From Alphaproteobacteria bacterium (GTDB lineage: Bacteria > Pseudomonadota > Alphaproteobacteria > GCA-2731375), in contig JAYGEB010000256.1 in assembly GCA_046582595.1 (NCBI GenBank), positions 1 through 41,048 on the forward strand: a DNA stretch of 41,048 nt, given 5' to 3'. The translations under genes and the position numbers were made by a program. The notes under the pieces were generated by a model. It was not told the DNA's origin. It saw only the letters and a program-made list of their open reading frames with translations, and did no database searches. Of the stretch, positions 29,987 through 38,153 are shown piece by piece. Every line of letters starts with the position of its first letter. Position 1 is the first letter of the stretch.

Positions 29987-31270
29987 ATGGGGACAAGACC
30001 GACCGTGACAGCGCAAACAACAACCTTGGCCAACGACTTGAGGGTAATTTCGGATAGCCGGGATGGGGTCCAGTCCACCGCCGTGGGCGTCTGGGTCGAT
30101 GCCGGGGCCCGCTATGAAACCGCCGCCAACAACGGCGTGGCCCATATGCTGGAGCACATGGCCTTCAAGGGCACGGACAGCCGCAGCGCCCAGGACATCG
30201 CCGTGGAAATCGAAAGTGTCGGCGGCCATTTGAACGCCTATACGTCCCGCGAGCATACGGCCTATTTTGCCCGGGTCCTGCAGGAGGATCTGGCCCTCAG
30301 CGTCGATATTCTGGCCGACATCCTGCGGCGTTCGACGTTCGAGGAAGCGGAGATGGAGCGTGAGCGGGCCGTGGTGATCCAGGAGATCGGCCAATCGGAA
30401 GATACCCCCGACGATATTATTTTTGACCGTTTGCAAGAGGTGTCCTTTCCCAATCAAGCCCTGGGCCGCTCTATTCTGGGGCCGGTCGATGGCGTCGCCA
30501 ACATGGGCCGCGAAGTGTTGTTCGATTTCATGGCGCAGCATTACACCGCCGACCGCATGCTGCTTTGCGCCGCCGGCGCGGTCGATCATGATGCCTTGGT
30601 GGCCCTGGCCGAGCAGCACTTCGGAAGTCTGCGTCCTGGCAAGCATCATCCGTTCGAACGGGCGGTTTTCCAGGGTGGCGAACGGCGGGACGAGCGGGAA
30701 CTGGAGCAGGTGCATTTCGCCCTTGCCCTGCCAGCGCTGGCTTATGACGATGATGATTTTTACCCCCTGCAGGTGATGTCGACGGTACTGGGCGGGGGCA
30801 TGTCCTCACGCCTGTTCCAAGAGGTGCGCGAAAAACGCGGTCTGTGTTATTCCATCTTCTGCTTTGCCTCCTCCTACAAGGAATGCGGCGCTTTCACGGT
30901 TTATGCGGGCACGGGAGCCGATCAGGTGGGCGAGCTGGTGCCGGTGATCTGTGATGAGATGCTGCGTCTTGGCGGCGATGCGGGCCGCGAGGAAGTCGAT
31001 CGGGCCCGCAACCAGTTGAAGGCCGGCACCTTGATGTCGTTGGAAAGTTCCGCCTCGCGGGTCGAGCAATTGGCGCGCCAGAGCCTGGTTTTCGGACGGC
31101 AAATTCCCCTCGAGGAATTGATCGAGCGGATCGACGCGGTCGATGTGGCGGCCGTGCGCCGGGTCGCGGGCCGCATCGCCAGCGCCCCCAACCCGGCCGT
31201 GGCCGCCATGGGGCCCATCGCGGGCCTTGCCAGCCAGGCCGAAATCGCGGCAAGGTTCGCCAAGGGATGA
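29987..31270 (+). CDS. M16 family (pitrilysin / MPP-like) zinc peptidase
   Basis: Inverted zinc motif HMLEHMAFKGT and downstream glutamates (EIESVGGHLNAYTSRE); 427 aa. Confidence 0.9.
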   Translation: MGTRPTVTAQTTTLANDLRVISDSRDGVQSTAVGVWVDAGARYETAANNGVAHMLEHMAFKGTDSRSAQDIAVEIESVGGHLNAYTSREHTAYFARVLQEDLALSVDILADILRRSTFEEAEMERERAVVIQEIGQSEDTPDDIIFDRLQEVSFPNQALGRSILGPVDGVANMGREVLFDFMAQHYTADRMLLCAAGAVDHDALVALAEQHFGSLRPGKHHPFERAVFQGGERRDERELEQVHFALALPALAYDDDDFYPLQVMSTVLGGGMSSRLFQEVREKRGLCYSIFCFASSYKECGAFTVYAGTGADQVGELVPVICDEMLRLGGDAGREEVDRARNQLKAGTLMSLESSASRVEQLARQSLVFGRQIPLEELIERIDAVDVAAVRRVAGRIASAPNPAVAAMGPIAGLASQAEIAARFAKG

Positions 31271-31297
31271 GAGCAACATTCGCCAGGAATAGGGAAC

Positions 31298-31894
31298 GTG
31301 TCGGCATTTTTGCGTAATCCGCCTTGGATCGGAAGTCCGCCGACCATAAAAGGCCGGCACGTGTTTCTGCGGGCGCCGCAATTGTCGAACTGGTCCGAAT
31401 GGGCCCGCCTGCGGGCCGCCTCGCGGGATTTCCTGACGCCGTGGGAGCCGACCAGGCTGGAAGATGAACTGACCAAAACCGCCTACCGCCGCCGCCTGCG
31501 CCGCTATGCCCGCGATGCCCGTGACGGCGTGGGCTATGCCTTTTTCATCTTTCGCCAGGAAGACGATTGCCTGATGGGCGGCATTACCTTGTCCAACGTG
31601 CGCCGGGGCGTCACTCAGTCCTGTTCCATGGGCTATTGGATGGGCCAGCAATACGCGGGCCAGGGCCTGATGCAGGACGGCGTTACCACGTCGCTGCCAT
31701 TTGTTTTTGACGAATTGGGCCTGCACCGGTTGGAGGCGGCCTGCCTGCCCGGCAACGAGGCCTCGATCACCGTTCTGCTTAGGACCGGATTTCAGAAAGA
31801 AGGTTTCGCCCGGAAGTATCTGCGCATCAACGGCAAATGGAGCGACCATGTGCTGTTCGCCATGCTGCAGTCCGACCGCGGGGACGATACCTGA
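31298..31894 (+). CDS. GNAT family N-acetyltransferase (RimJ/RimL-like)
   Basis: MGYWMGQQYAGQGLM...LHRLEAACLPGNEASITVLLRTGFQKEG is the acetyl-CoA-binding core of the RimJ/L subgroup. GTG start with AGGAATAGGGAA upstream. Confidence 0.85.
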   Translation: MSAFLRNPPWIGSPPTIKGRHVFLRAPQLSNWSEWARLRAASRDFLTPWEPTRLEDELTKTAYRRRLRRYARDARDGVGYAFFIFRQEDDCLMGGITLSNVRRGVTQSCSMGYWMGQQYAGQGLMQDGVTTSLPFVFDELGLHRLEAACLPGNEASITVLLRTGFQKEGFARKYLRINGKWSDHVLFAMLQSDRGDDT

Positions 31895-31901
31895 TTAGCC
31901 C

Positions 31902-32099
31902 ATGCCATTCAGCGCCAAGGACGGCGGCATCCTGATATCGGTACGCTTGCGCCCCGCCGCCTCCTCGAACCGTATTGACGGTATCCGGGCCATGGCGGAC
32001 GGCGGCCGGCGTCTCTGCGGGCGGCCCGGAGATTCAACGTTAGTTGAAAATGCGCTAAAGGCGTTGGCCCGATGGCAAAGGGATCAGTTTGGCGTTTGA
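31902..32099 (+). CDS. DUF167 (YggU-like) protein, C-terminally truncated and degenerate
   Basis: DGGILISVRLRPAASSNRIDGI matches the DUF167 N-terminal strand pair (compare E. coli YggU [21 protein letters not shown], quoted from memory). It is 65 aa versus ~95-100 aa for the family, and the last 16 nt overlap the convergent EAL gene. Confidence 0.45.
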   Translation: MPFSAKDGGILISVRLRPAASSNRIDGIRAMADGGRRLCGRPGDSTLVENALKALARWQRDQFGV

Positions 32100-33841
32100 G
32101 GTTTTACTTTTTCGTTTTGGCTGGAGGGAACCACTTCCAGGTTAACCGCATTCCAGGGTCGCTCCAGCGTCGGGGCGCCGAAGTGGTAGCCTTGCAGGTA
32201 TTTGACGCCCCGGTCGCGCAAGGCTTGGGCCTCCGCCTCGGTCTCGACGCATTCGCCGACCACCTCGGCGTTGAAACCGTGGGCCAAATCCAGAAGGGTT
32301 TGCACGAACAGTTGATTTTCCCAGTTGTTTGGCAAATCCCGCACGAACTGGCCGTCAATCTTCACGATATCGACGGCAAGGGCTTTCAAATGCCGGTAAG
32401 AGGTATAGCCGGCGCCGAAATCGTCCAGGGCGATGCGGCAGCCCAGGTCCCGCAATTTATTGGCGAAGCGCGCGGTCTCCTCGAAATCCATCATGGCCAC
32501 GGTTTCGGTAATCTCAAAAACAAGACGATCCGCGACATTCGCATGGACATGCACAAGCGATAGCAGATGATCCAGAGTGGACGGATCGGTTGCCGTCATG
32601 CCCGATATATTGACCGCCAGGTTGACGTGGCTGACCTGCTCCAACTCCAGCAAGGCCATTTCCAATGTATAAATGTCCAGGCGGCGGATCAGTCCCAGCT
32701 TTTCTACCACGGGAATAAATAATCCGGCGGGAACCAGTTCGCCTTGTTCGTTCAGCATGCGCAACAGGCATTCATATAATTCGGTTTCACCCGTCACGCT
32801 GTCGATTATGGGTTGTACGGCAAAGGTCAGGCGGCCGTCCTTCATGGCCCGCATCACCGCATCGCCGGTGGCCAGGGATTTGCGCCGGCTGGCCTCGCGC
32901 GCCCGCGAGGCGCGGTGCAGCACGAAACGGTCCCGCCCGCGTTGTTTGGCCTTTGACAGAGCTTCCTCGGTCCGGCCCATGAGCTCGCGGCTGCTGGCGG
33001 CCTCGGCCGCCATCACCGCGCCGCCCAGTGATAACGACACCGCCAGGGGGCCCGCTTCGGTTTTGACCTCGCGCCGGCGGGTGGCGGCAAGAATTTGATC
33101 CGCCACCTTGCGCAATTCTATTTCGGTGGCGCCTGGCAGGATCAAGCCAAATTGATTGCCCCCGACCCGGCCGATAATATCGCCCACCCGGGTGCTGTCC
33201 TCCACCCGCTTGCCAATATCGATGATCACGGCGTCGGCGATGGCAAAACCATAGGCATCGTTCAGCATGCCCAGACGATCGATATTGATCAATAAATAGG
33301 CCGCCGGACTACCGTCCCCGCTGCAATTGGCCAGAACCTCATCCAGAGATTCCCATAGTCCGGTGCGGTTTAAATGGCCGGTCAAGTCGTCGAAATAGGC
33401 CATCTGTTCCAATTCAAACTCACGCCGTTTCCAGGCCGTGATAACCCGCATCAAACCATGAAAGTACTTGGCCTTGCCGTCGCCGTCCCGTTCGACGCTG
33501 CCCCGTTCCTCGACCCATTCGAAGCCGCCGTCCGCCCGGCGGATCTTGAATTCACAGGCGTAGGCCTCGCCATCATCCAGCAAGCCGGAGAGGGCGATGG
33601 CGCGGGCCGGCAGATCGTCCGGCGCAATCTGTTTTTGCAGTTCGCTGGCCAAGGCGGGAATGCCCCGGTCCGACATGCCAAGGACACCGGCCGCGCCGGG
33701 GGACCAATCAAGTTGATCGGAATCGATGTCCCAACAATAAAACGCCTCTCCCGCCGCGCCGATCGCGCGGATCAGGGGGCCGCCGTGAATGTTAGTGTCG
33801 CTAAACATGGTCTGTTTGGGCAAACTCGGTCCCATACTCAT
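32084..33841 (-). CDS. PAS - GGDEF(degenerate) - EAL signalling protein (likely c-di-GMP phosphodiesterase)
   Basis: PAS-like N-terminus. GGDEF domain has GGNQF in place of GGDEF and a retained RVGD (RxxD) 5 residues upstream. EAL domain is intact: YECLLRM, VNIS, FEITET, DDFGAGYTS, KIDGQFV, GECVETE, QGYHFG. Start is ATG 33841 or 33835 (GTG 33844 also possible). Confidence 0.9.
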   Translation of the reverse strand: MSMGPSLPKQTMFSDTNIHGGPLIRAIGAAGEAFYCWDIDSDQLDWSPGAAGVLGMSDRGIPALASELQKQIAPDDLPARAIALSGLLDDGEAYACEFKIRRADGGFEWVEERGSVERDGDGKAKYFHGLMRVITAWKRREFELEQMAYFDDLTGHLNRTGLWESLDEVLANCSGDGSPAAYLLINIDRLGMLNDAYGFAIADAVIIDIGKRVEDSTRVGDIIGRVGGNQFGLILPGATEIELRKVADQILAATRRREVKTEAGPLAVSLSLGGAVMAAEAASSRELMGRTEEALSKAKQRGRDRFVLHRASRAREASRRKSLATGDAVMRAMKDGRLTFAVQPIIDSVTGETELYECLLRMLNEQGELVPAGLFIPVVEKLGLIRRLDIYTLEMALLELEQVSHVNLAVNISGMTATDPSTLDHLLSLVHVHANVADRLVFEITETVAMMDFEETARFANKLRDLGCRIALDDFGAGYTSYRHLKALAVDIVKIDGQFVRDLPNNWENQLFVQTLLDLAHGFNAEVVGECVETEAEAQALRDRGVKYLQGYHFGAPTLERPWNAVNLEVVPSSQNEKVKPQTPN

Positions 33842-33980
33842 CACATAAACTCGATTTGGGGCCTTTGGCCCATCGGTTGCCGCCCAATCTATTCACGCAA
33901 GGGTTAAGAAAGCCCAAAGGCGAATAATTAATTGCCGGGTTTTTATGACAAATGTTGGCCGGGCATCGCCCAATTGCCCG

Positions 33981-34910
33981 TCATGGCGCCATCGCCGGCC
34001 TGGGCACTTGGCTTCTGTAGCAATCCGCGATTTCGCCGGCGGTGGCGAACCACAACCCCTTCATGCCGCGCAGATGGGTCAGGATCCGGTCCAAATAACG
34101 GATGCGGTGCGGTTGCCCGATAACCCAGGGGTGCAGGCCAAGGCTCATCATCCGTCCGCTCGGGCGGCTGTCTTCCAGCAGGCGGTCGGCGGCTTCCATG
34201 ACCATCTGGCCATAGCGCGGCGCGGTCAGCTGCCGCAGGGCCATCAGGGTGCCATCGTCCCATTCGACGTGATAGGGCAGGGAGACCAGGCTTGGCGCAA
34301 CGGTCAGCCAATAGGGTTGATCGTCGTTCGGCCAATCGCCCAGATAATCCGCTCCCGCGGCCGCCAGAAGTTGCGGGGTGCGGGGGCTTTCACCGAAATC
34401 CTGGCCAATCCAGCCGACCCGGCCGGCGCCGCTGCTCTGGCGTATCTGGGTCATGACGGAAAGGATATGATCCTCTTCCTCCGCCAGGCTCATTCGCGAG
34501 GTAATCATGCGGGTGGCGTAATCTCCATGCGCGGCGATCTCATGGCCCCGGCGCAGGCATTCATCGATCAACCCCGGCCGCTCGCGGCACAGGGCCGCGT
34601 TGGCGGCCACGGTGACCGGCACCGCATGGCGGTCCAGCACCTCCAGCACGCGGAAAATCCCGACCCGGTTGCCGTACTCGCGGGTCGAATAGGTACGGTA
34701 GTCGGGGAAAAAGTTACCGAATTCACCGCGGAACCGTCCGTCCCGGACCGCCGCGCCTGGTGGTTGCAGCTCCCATTGCTCCAAATGCAGAACGATCCAG
34801 ATGGCCAGCCGGTTGTTGTCCGGCCAGACCAGCTTGGGCCGGGAGGTTATGGCTGAATAAGGATAAAGCCCGTGATCCATGCCGGGTTTGCGTGGCTCAA
34901 CCATTGTCAT
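33981..34910 (-). CDS. polysaccharide deacetylase (NodB-fold) family protein, paralog 2
   Basis: Collinear with the upstream paralog: YGNRVGIFRVLEVLDRH, AHGDY, WPNDDQP, LHPWVIGQPHRIRYL. ATG 34910 overlaps the upstream stop. ATG 34880 (MDHGLYPYS) aligns better with the paralog N-terminus. Confidence 0.8.
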   Translation of the reverse strand: MTMVEPRKPGMDHGLYPYSAITSRPKLVWPDNNRLAIWIVLHLEQWELQPPGAAVRDGRFRGEFGNFFPDYRTYSTREYGNRVGIFRVLEVLDRHAVPVTVAANAALCRERPGLIDECLRRGHEIAAHGDYATRMITSRMSLAEEEDHILSVMTQIRQSSGAGRVGWIGQDFGESPRTPQLLAAAGADYLGDWPNDDQPYWLTVAPSLVSLPYHVEWDDGTLMALRQLTAPRYGQMVMEAADRLLEDSRPSGRMMSLGLHPWVIGQPHRIRYLDRILTHLRGMKGLWFATAGEIADCYRSQVPRPAMAP

Positions 34911-35802
34911 CTTCCCGGGGATGCGCGGCAACCCGGTCCCACATTTCCGCGTAATACCAATCCGCGATCTCTTCGCCCGTTGCCTGCCAGACGCCGTCGT
35001 GGGAGAGGATATATTCGAGGGCCTTTTCCAAATAGCCCATCCTGTGGGGCTGGCCCATCATGTAGGGATGCAGGGCCAGGCACATGACGCGCGGCTGATC
35101 CACCCCTTCGGCATAGACGGTATCGAAATAATCCCGGATCATGACCAGGAAGTCATCCGCCTCCTGGGCCCGGTTGTGCAACACGGCATCGTTCAGCTCC
35201 ATGCTGTAGGGCACGGTCAGAAGACGGCCCCGGCGCACGTTCATGGGCCCCGGCTGGTCGTCGTGAACCCAGTCGGCGTAATATTTGATCCCCGCCTCGG
35301 CCACCAGATCCGGCGTGTTCAAGGTGTGGGAGGCGGCCGGCGAGAACCAGCCCGGCAGTTGCCGGCCGGTCAGGCGGCGGTAGGTATCGACACAGTCCTG
35401 AATAATCGCCCGCTCGTCCGCCTCGCCCAGACCCCAGAGATATTGGGTGTTGTACATGCCGTGACACAGCACATCCCAGTTCCGCTCTTCGCAGGCCGCC
35501 ATGATTTCCGGATAATTTTCGAACACGCTTAAATTCAGCGAAACCGTGCAGCGTATATCGAAGCGGTCCATGACCTCGATCATGCACCACAGGCCGACCC
35601 GGTTGCCGTAATCCTTGAGGCCATAGCCCAGAATGTCGGGGTGGGGCATGCGGGGCCAGGGATCGCGGATGCGCACGGGGTCGGGTAGATATTCGTAATG
35701 TTCGATGTTCGGGCAGACCCACAGGGCGACCCGCGCGCCGTTGGGTAGCTCCAGCCGGGGGCGGTCGTTTATGGGTGAATAGGTCAGGCGTTCTTGGCTC
35801 AT
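34897..35802 (-). CDS. polysaccharide deacetylase (NodB-fold) family protein, paralog 1
   Basis: 301 aa. YGNRVGLWCMIEVMDRF, CHGMYN, WVHDDQP and LHPYMMGQPHRMGYL are typical of the PuuE-like/divergent deacetylase group. Confidence 0.8.
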   Translation of the reverse strand: MSQERLTYSPINDRPRLELPNGARVALWVCPNIEHYEYLPDPVRIRDPWPRMPHPDILGYGLKDYGNRVGLWCMIEVMDRFDIRCTVSLNLSVFENYPEIMAACEERNWDVLCHGMYNTQYLWGLGEADERAIIQDCVDTYRRLTGRQLPGWFSPAASHTLNTPDLVAEAGIKYYADWVHDDQPGPMNVRRGRLLTVPYSMELNDAVLHNRAQEADDFLVMIRDYFDTVYAEGVDQPRVMCLALHPYMMGQPHRMGYLEKALEYILSHDGVWQATGEEIADWYYAEMWDRVAAHPREDDNG

Positions 35803-35829
35803 GTTTTAATCATGCCACAGGCTTGAGCC

Positions 35830-35893
35830 CGAGCGTACCTTTTCGGGTACGCTCAGATCTTAAAATTTGGAGCAATTGAAAATTGCTCTAAGC
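35830..35893. repeat. structured intergenic repeat, copy C (short form)
   Basis: Hairpin GAGCGTACC-TTTTCG-GGTACGCTC (35830-35853), linker AGATCTTAAAATTT, hairpin GAGCAATT-GAA-AATTGCTC (35869-35887), tail TAAGCC. Same module order and tail as copies A and B. Confidence 0.65.
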
Positions 35894-35950
35894 CCAACCA
35901 CGACGCACAATGGGCCGGAGTATTCATTCAATCGCCTTTGGAGCCCGACC

Positions 35951-36871
35951 ATGTATCCGCAACCGACCGTGATCGAACCGACCGTATTCGCCCAGGTGCC
36001 CGATGAATTGCAGCTCCTCGACAAGGATTCCCATATGTCGCGGGATATATTCCGCGGCCGTCCCCTGGGCTCCTTCCTGGAAGGCCCCTCGTTCGACCGG
36101 GATGGCAATTTATTCGTGGTGGATATCGCCCATGGCCGCATCTTCAAGATCTCGGAAGGCGGAGAGTTCACCGTGGTGGCCGACTATGACGGCAGCCCCA
36201 ACGGCCTGAAAATCCATCAAGACGGCCGCATCTTCGTGGCCGACCGGCGGAACGGCATCGTCGAGATCGATCCCGTCAACGGCAAGGTCTCGGTCTTTAT
36301 CGGGCCCGACCAACTGCCGGGCTATAAGGGCGTCAACGATCTGTTTTTCGGCGCCAATGGCGATCTGTATTTTACCGACCAGGGCGATAGCGGCCTGCAC
36401 GATCCCACCGGCCGGGTCTTTCGCCAGGATTCAAAGGGCGTCTTGCATTGCCTGATCGACAATGTGCCCAGCCCCAATGGCCTGGTCATGGACCCGGAGG
36501 AAACCCTGCTCTATATCGCCGTGACCCGGGCCAACGCGGTCTGGCGCATGCCCTTCCGCAAGGACGGCAGCGTCAACCGGGTCGGCCTGTTCGCGCAACT
36601 GGTGGGCGGCATGGGGCCGGACGGCATGGCCATGGACGTGGATGGCAACCTTTCCATCGCCCATGCGGGCTTTGGCGCGGTCTGGATATTTTCGGCCCAG
36701 GGCCTGCCGATCTATAAAATCCCCGATCCCGACGGCAGTCCCTTCACCACCAACATGGCCTATGGCGGACCTGACAACCGCTCCCTATTCATAACCTCGT
36801 CGTTCAGCGGCAAAATCCTGCGTGCCGAATTGCCGACGCCGGGCCAGACCATGTATGCGCACATGGATTAG
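35951..36871 (+). CDS. SMP-30/gluconolactonase/LRE family protein
   Basis: Six-bladed propeller pattern: EGPSFDRDGNLFVVD, PNGLKIHQDGRIFVAD, NDLFFGANGDLYFTD, PNGLVMDP, PDGMAMDVDGNL. ATG 35951 has GGAG 8 nt upstream; the track start 35867 falls inside repeat C. Confidence 0.88.
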   Translation: MYPQPTVIEPTVFAQVPDELQLLDKDSHMSRDIFRGRPLGSFLEGPSFDRDGNLFVVDIAHGRIFKISEGGEFTVVADYDGSPNGLKIHQDGRIFVADRRNGIVEIDPVNGKVSVFIGPDQLPGYKGVNDLFFGANGDLYFTDQGDSGLHDPTGRVFRQDSKGVLHCLIDNVPSPNGLVMDPEETLLYIAVTRANAVWRMPFRKDGSVNRVGLFAQLVGGMGPDGMAMDVDGNLSIAHAGFGAVWIFSAQGLPIYKIPDPDGSPFTTNMAYGGPDNRSLFITSSFSGKILRAELPTPGQTMYAHMD

Positions 36872-36946
36872 AGCCTTTTCAACAAATGTTGAATTGCCGG
36901 GCGGGGGAGCGGGTGGCTCAGAATACATTGAAAATGCTCTTTATCT
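36869..36946. repeat. structured palindromic intergenic repeat, copy D (module 1 only)
   Basis: AGAGCCTTTTCAA (36870-36882) is inverted against TTGAAAATGCTCT (36928-36940) with 12/13 complementary, followed by TTATCTAA. It fills the whole gap between the convergent SMP-30 and CoA-transferase genes. Confidence 0.7.
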
Positions 36947-38153
36947 AATCTTCGGCCTCGGTCTCTAGCACGTGGCCGGCCGCAAACAGGTCTTCGATCT
37001 CCCTCTCCGTGAGCCCGGCGCCGGCGAGAATTTGCCGGCTGTGCTGGCCGATGGCGGGCGGGTCCTCGCGGACCGAGAAACTACGGCCGGCCATTTCGAG
37101 GGGCAGGCGCGGCGTCTTGGCCATGATGCCGCCGGGCAGCTTCATCTGGCGCAATTGACCGTTGGCGTTGAGGTGGGGGTCGTCGAGCAGATCCTCGGGC
37201 TTGTTCACCGGACCAAAGGCAAGTTGCGCGGCATCGCACTTGGCCAGCAGTTGCTCGCTCGAAAGCGCCTTGCAGGTCTCGGCCACCGTGCCCACCAGCC
37301 AATCCCGCTGTTCCACCCGGCCGCCGTTGCCGTTCAGCCGTTCGTCGGCAAACAGGTCGGGGCGTTCAAAAACCTTGCAGAACCGTTTCCATTGGGTGTC
37401 GGTGACCACGCCGATGAATATGGGCTTGCCCTCGGCGCTCTCGAAAGTGTCGTAGATGCCCCAGGCGCGGATCGGCACCGACATGGGCACCAGCGGCTCG
37501 CCGGTCATGGCGTGCTGCACCATATGCTGACCCACGGCGAACACCGCCGTTTCGAACAGCGCCGATTTGACCAGTTGCCCCCGGCCCGTGCCATCGCGCT
37601 CGCGCAGGGCGGCTAAAACACCGATCACGCCGATCATGCCGCCCATGATGTCCACCACCGAGGCGCCGGCCCGCAGGGGCCGCCCCGGCGGCCCGGTCAT
37701 ATAGGCCAGGCCGCTCATCATCTGGACAATTTCGTCCAGGGCCCGGCGTTCCTCGTAAGGCCCCGACAGGAAGCCTTTCAATTGCAGATAGACCAGGGCC
37801 GGGTTAAGGGCGCCGAGCGTCTCGTAGCCCAGGCCGAGGCGATCCATGGTGCCGAGAGCGAAATTTTCCAACAAGACATCCGCGCGGCGCACCAGCGCCT
37901 CGATCGCGGGGCGGACTCCGGATGCCTTCAGATCCATGGCCAGGCTTTGTTTATTGCGGCAGAACAGGGGAAAAAAGCTGACGCCGACGCCGCGCAGATG
38001 CCGGGTCCGGTCGCCGTCGGGCACCGGTTCAATCTTGGTTACGGTGGCGCCCAGGTCGGCCAGGATCATTCCGGCCGACGGCCCCATGACCGCATGGCTG
38101 AACTCCAATACCCTAATACCCGCCAGAGGAAGGTTCCCGGCTTCACTTGTCAT
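36945..38153 (-). CDS. CaiB/BaiF family III CoA-transferase
   Basis: PLAGIRVLEFSHAVMGPSAGMILADLGATVTKIEP N-terminal Rossmann block and internal catalytic-Asp region ...RALDEIVQ...; 402 aa. Its ATG directly abuts the GT4 stop (no gap). Confidence 0.88.
   Translation of the reverse strand: MTSEAGNLPLAGIRVLEFSHAVMGPSAGMILADLGATVTKIEPVPDGDRTRHLRGVGVSFFPLFCRNKQSLAMDLKASGVRPAIEALVRRADVLLENFALGTMDRLGLGYETLGALNPALVYLQLKGFLSGPYEERRALDEIVQMMSGLAYMTGPPGRPLRAGASVVDIMGGMIGVIGVLAALRERDGTGRGQLVKSALFETAVFAVGQHMVQHAMTGEPLVPMSVPIRAWGIYDTFESAEGKPIFIGVVTDTQWKRFCKVFERPDLFADERLNGNGGRVEQRDWLVGTVAETCKALSSEQLLAKCDAAQLAFGPVNKPEDLLDDPHLNANGQLRQMKLPGGIMAKTPRLPLEMAGRSFSVREDPPAIGQHSRQILAGAGLTEREIEDLFAAGHVLETEAED

Noticed and set aside
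30806-31849. 347-aa minus-strand ORF opposite the M16 peptidase and GNAT genes. Similar cases are 33945-34856 (+) opposite deacetylase paralog 2 and 39544-40431 (+) opposite the VanZ-like gene.
   Set aside because: These are antisense artefacts with Arg/Gly/Pro-rich translations, and the opposite strands carry recognisable families.
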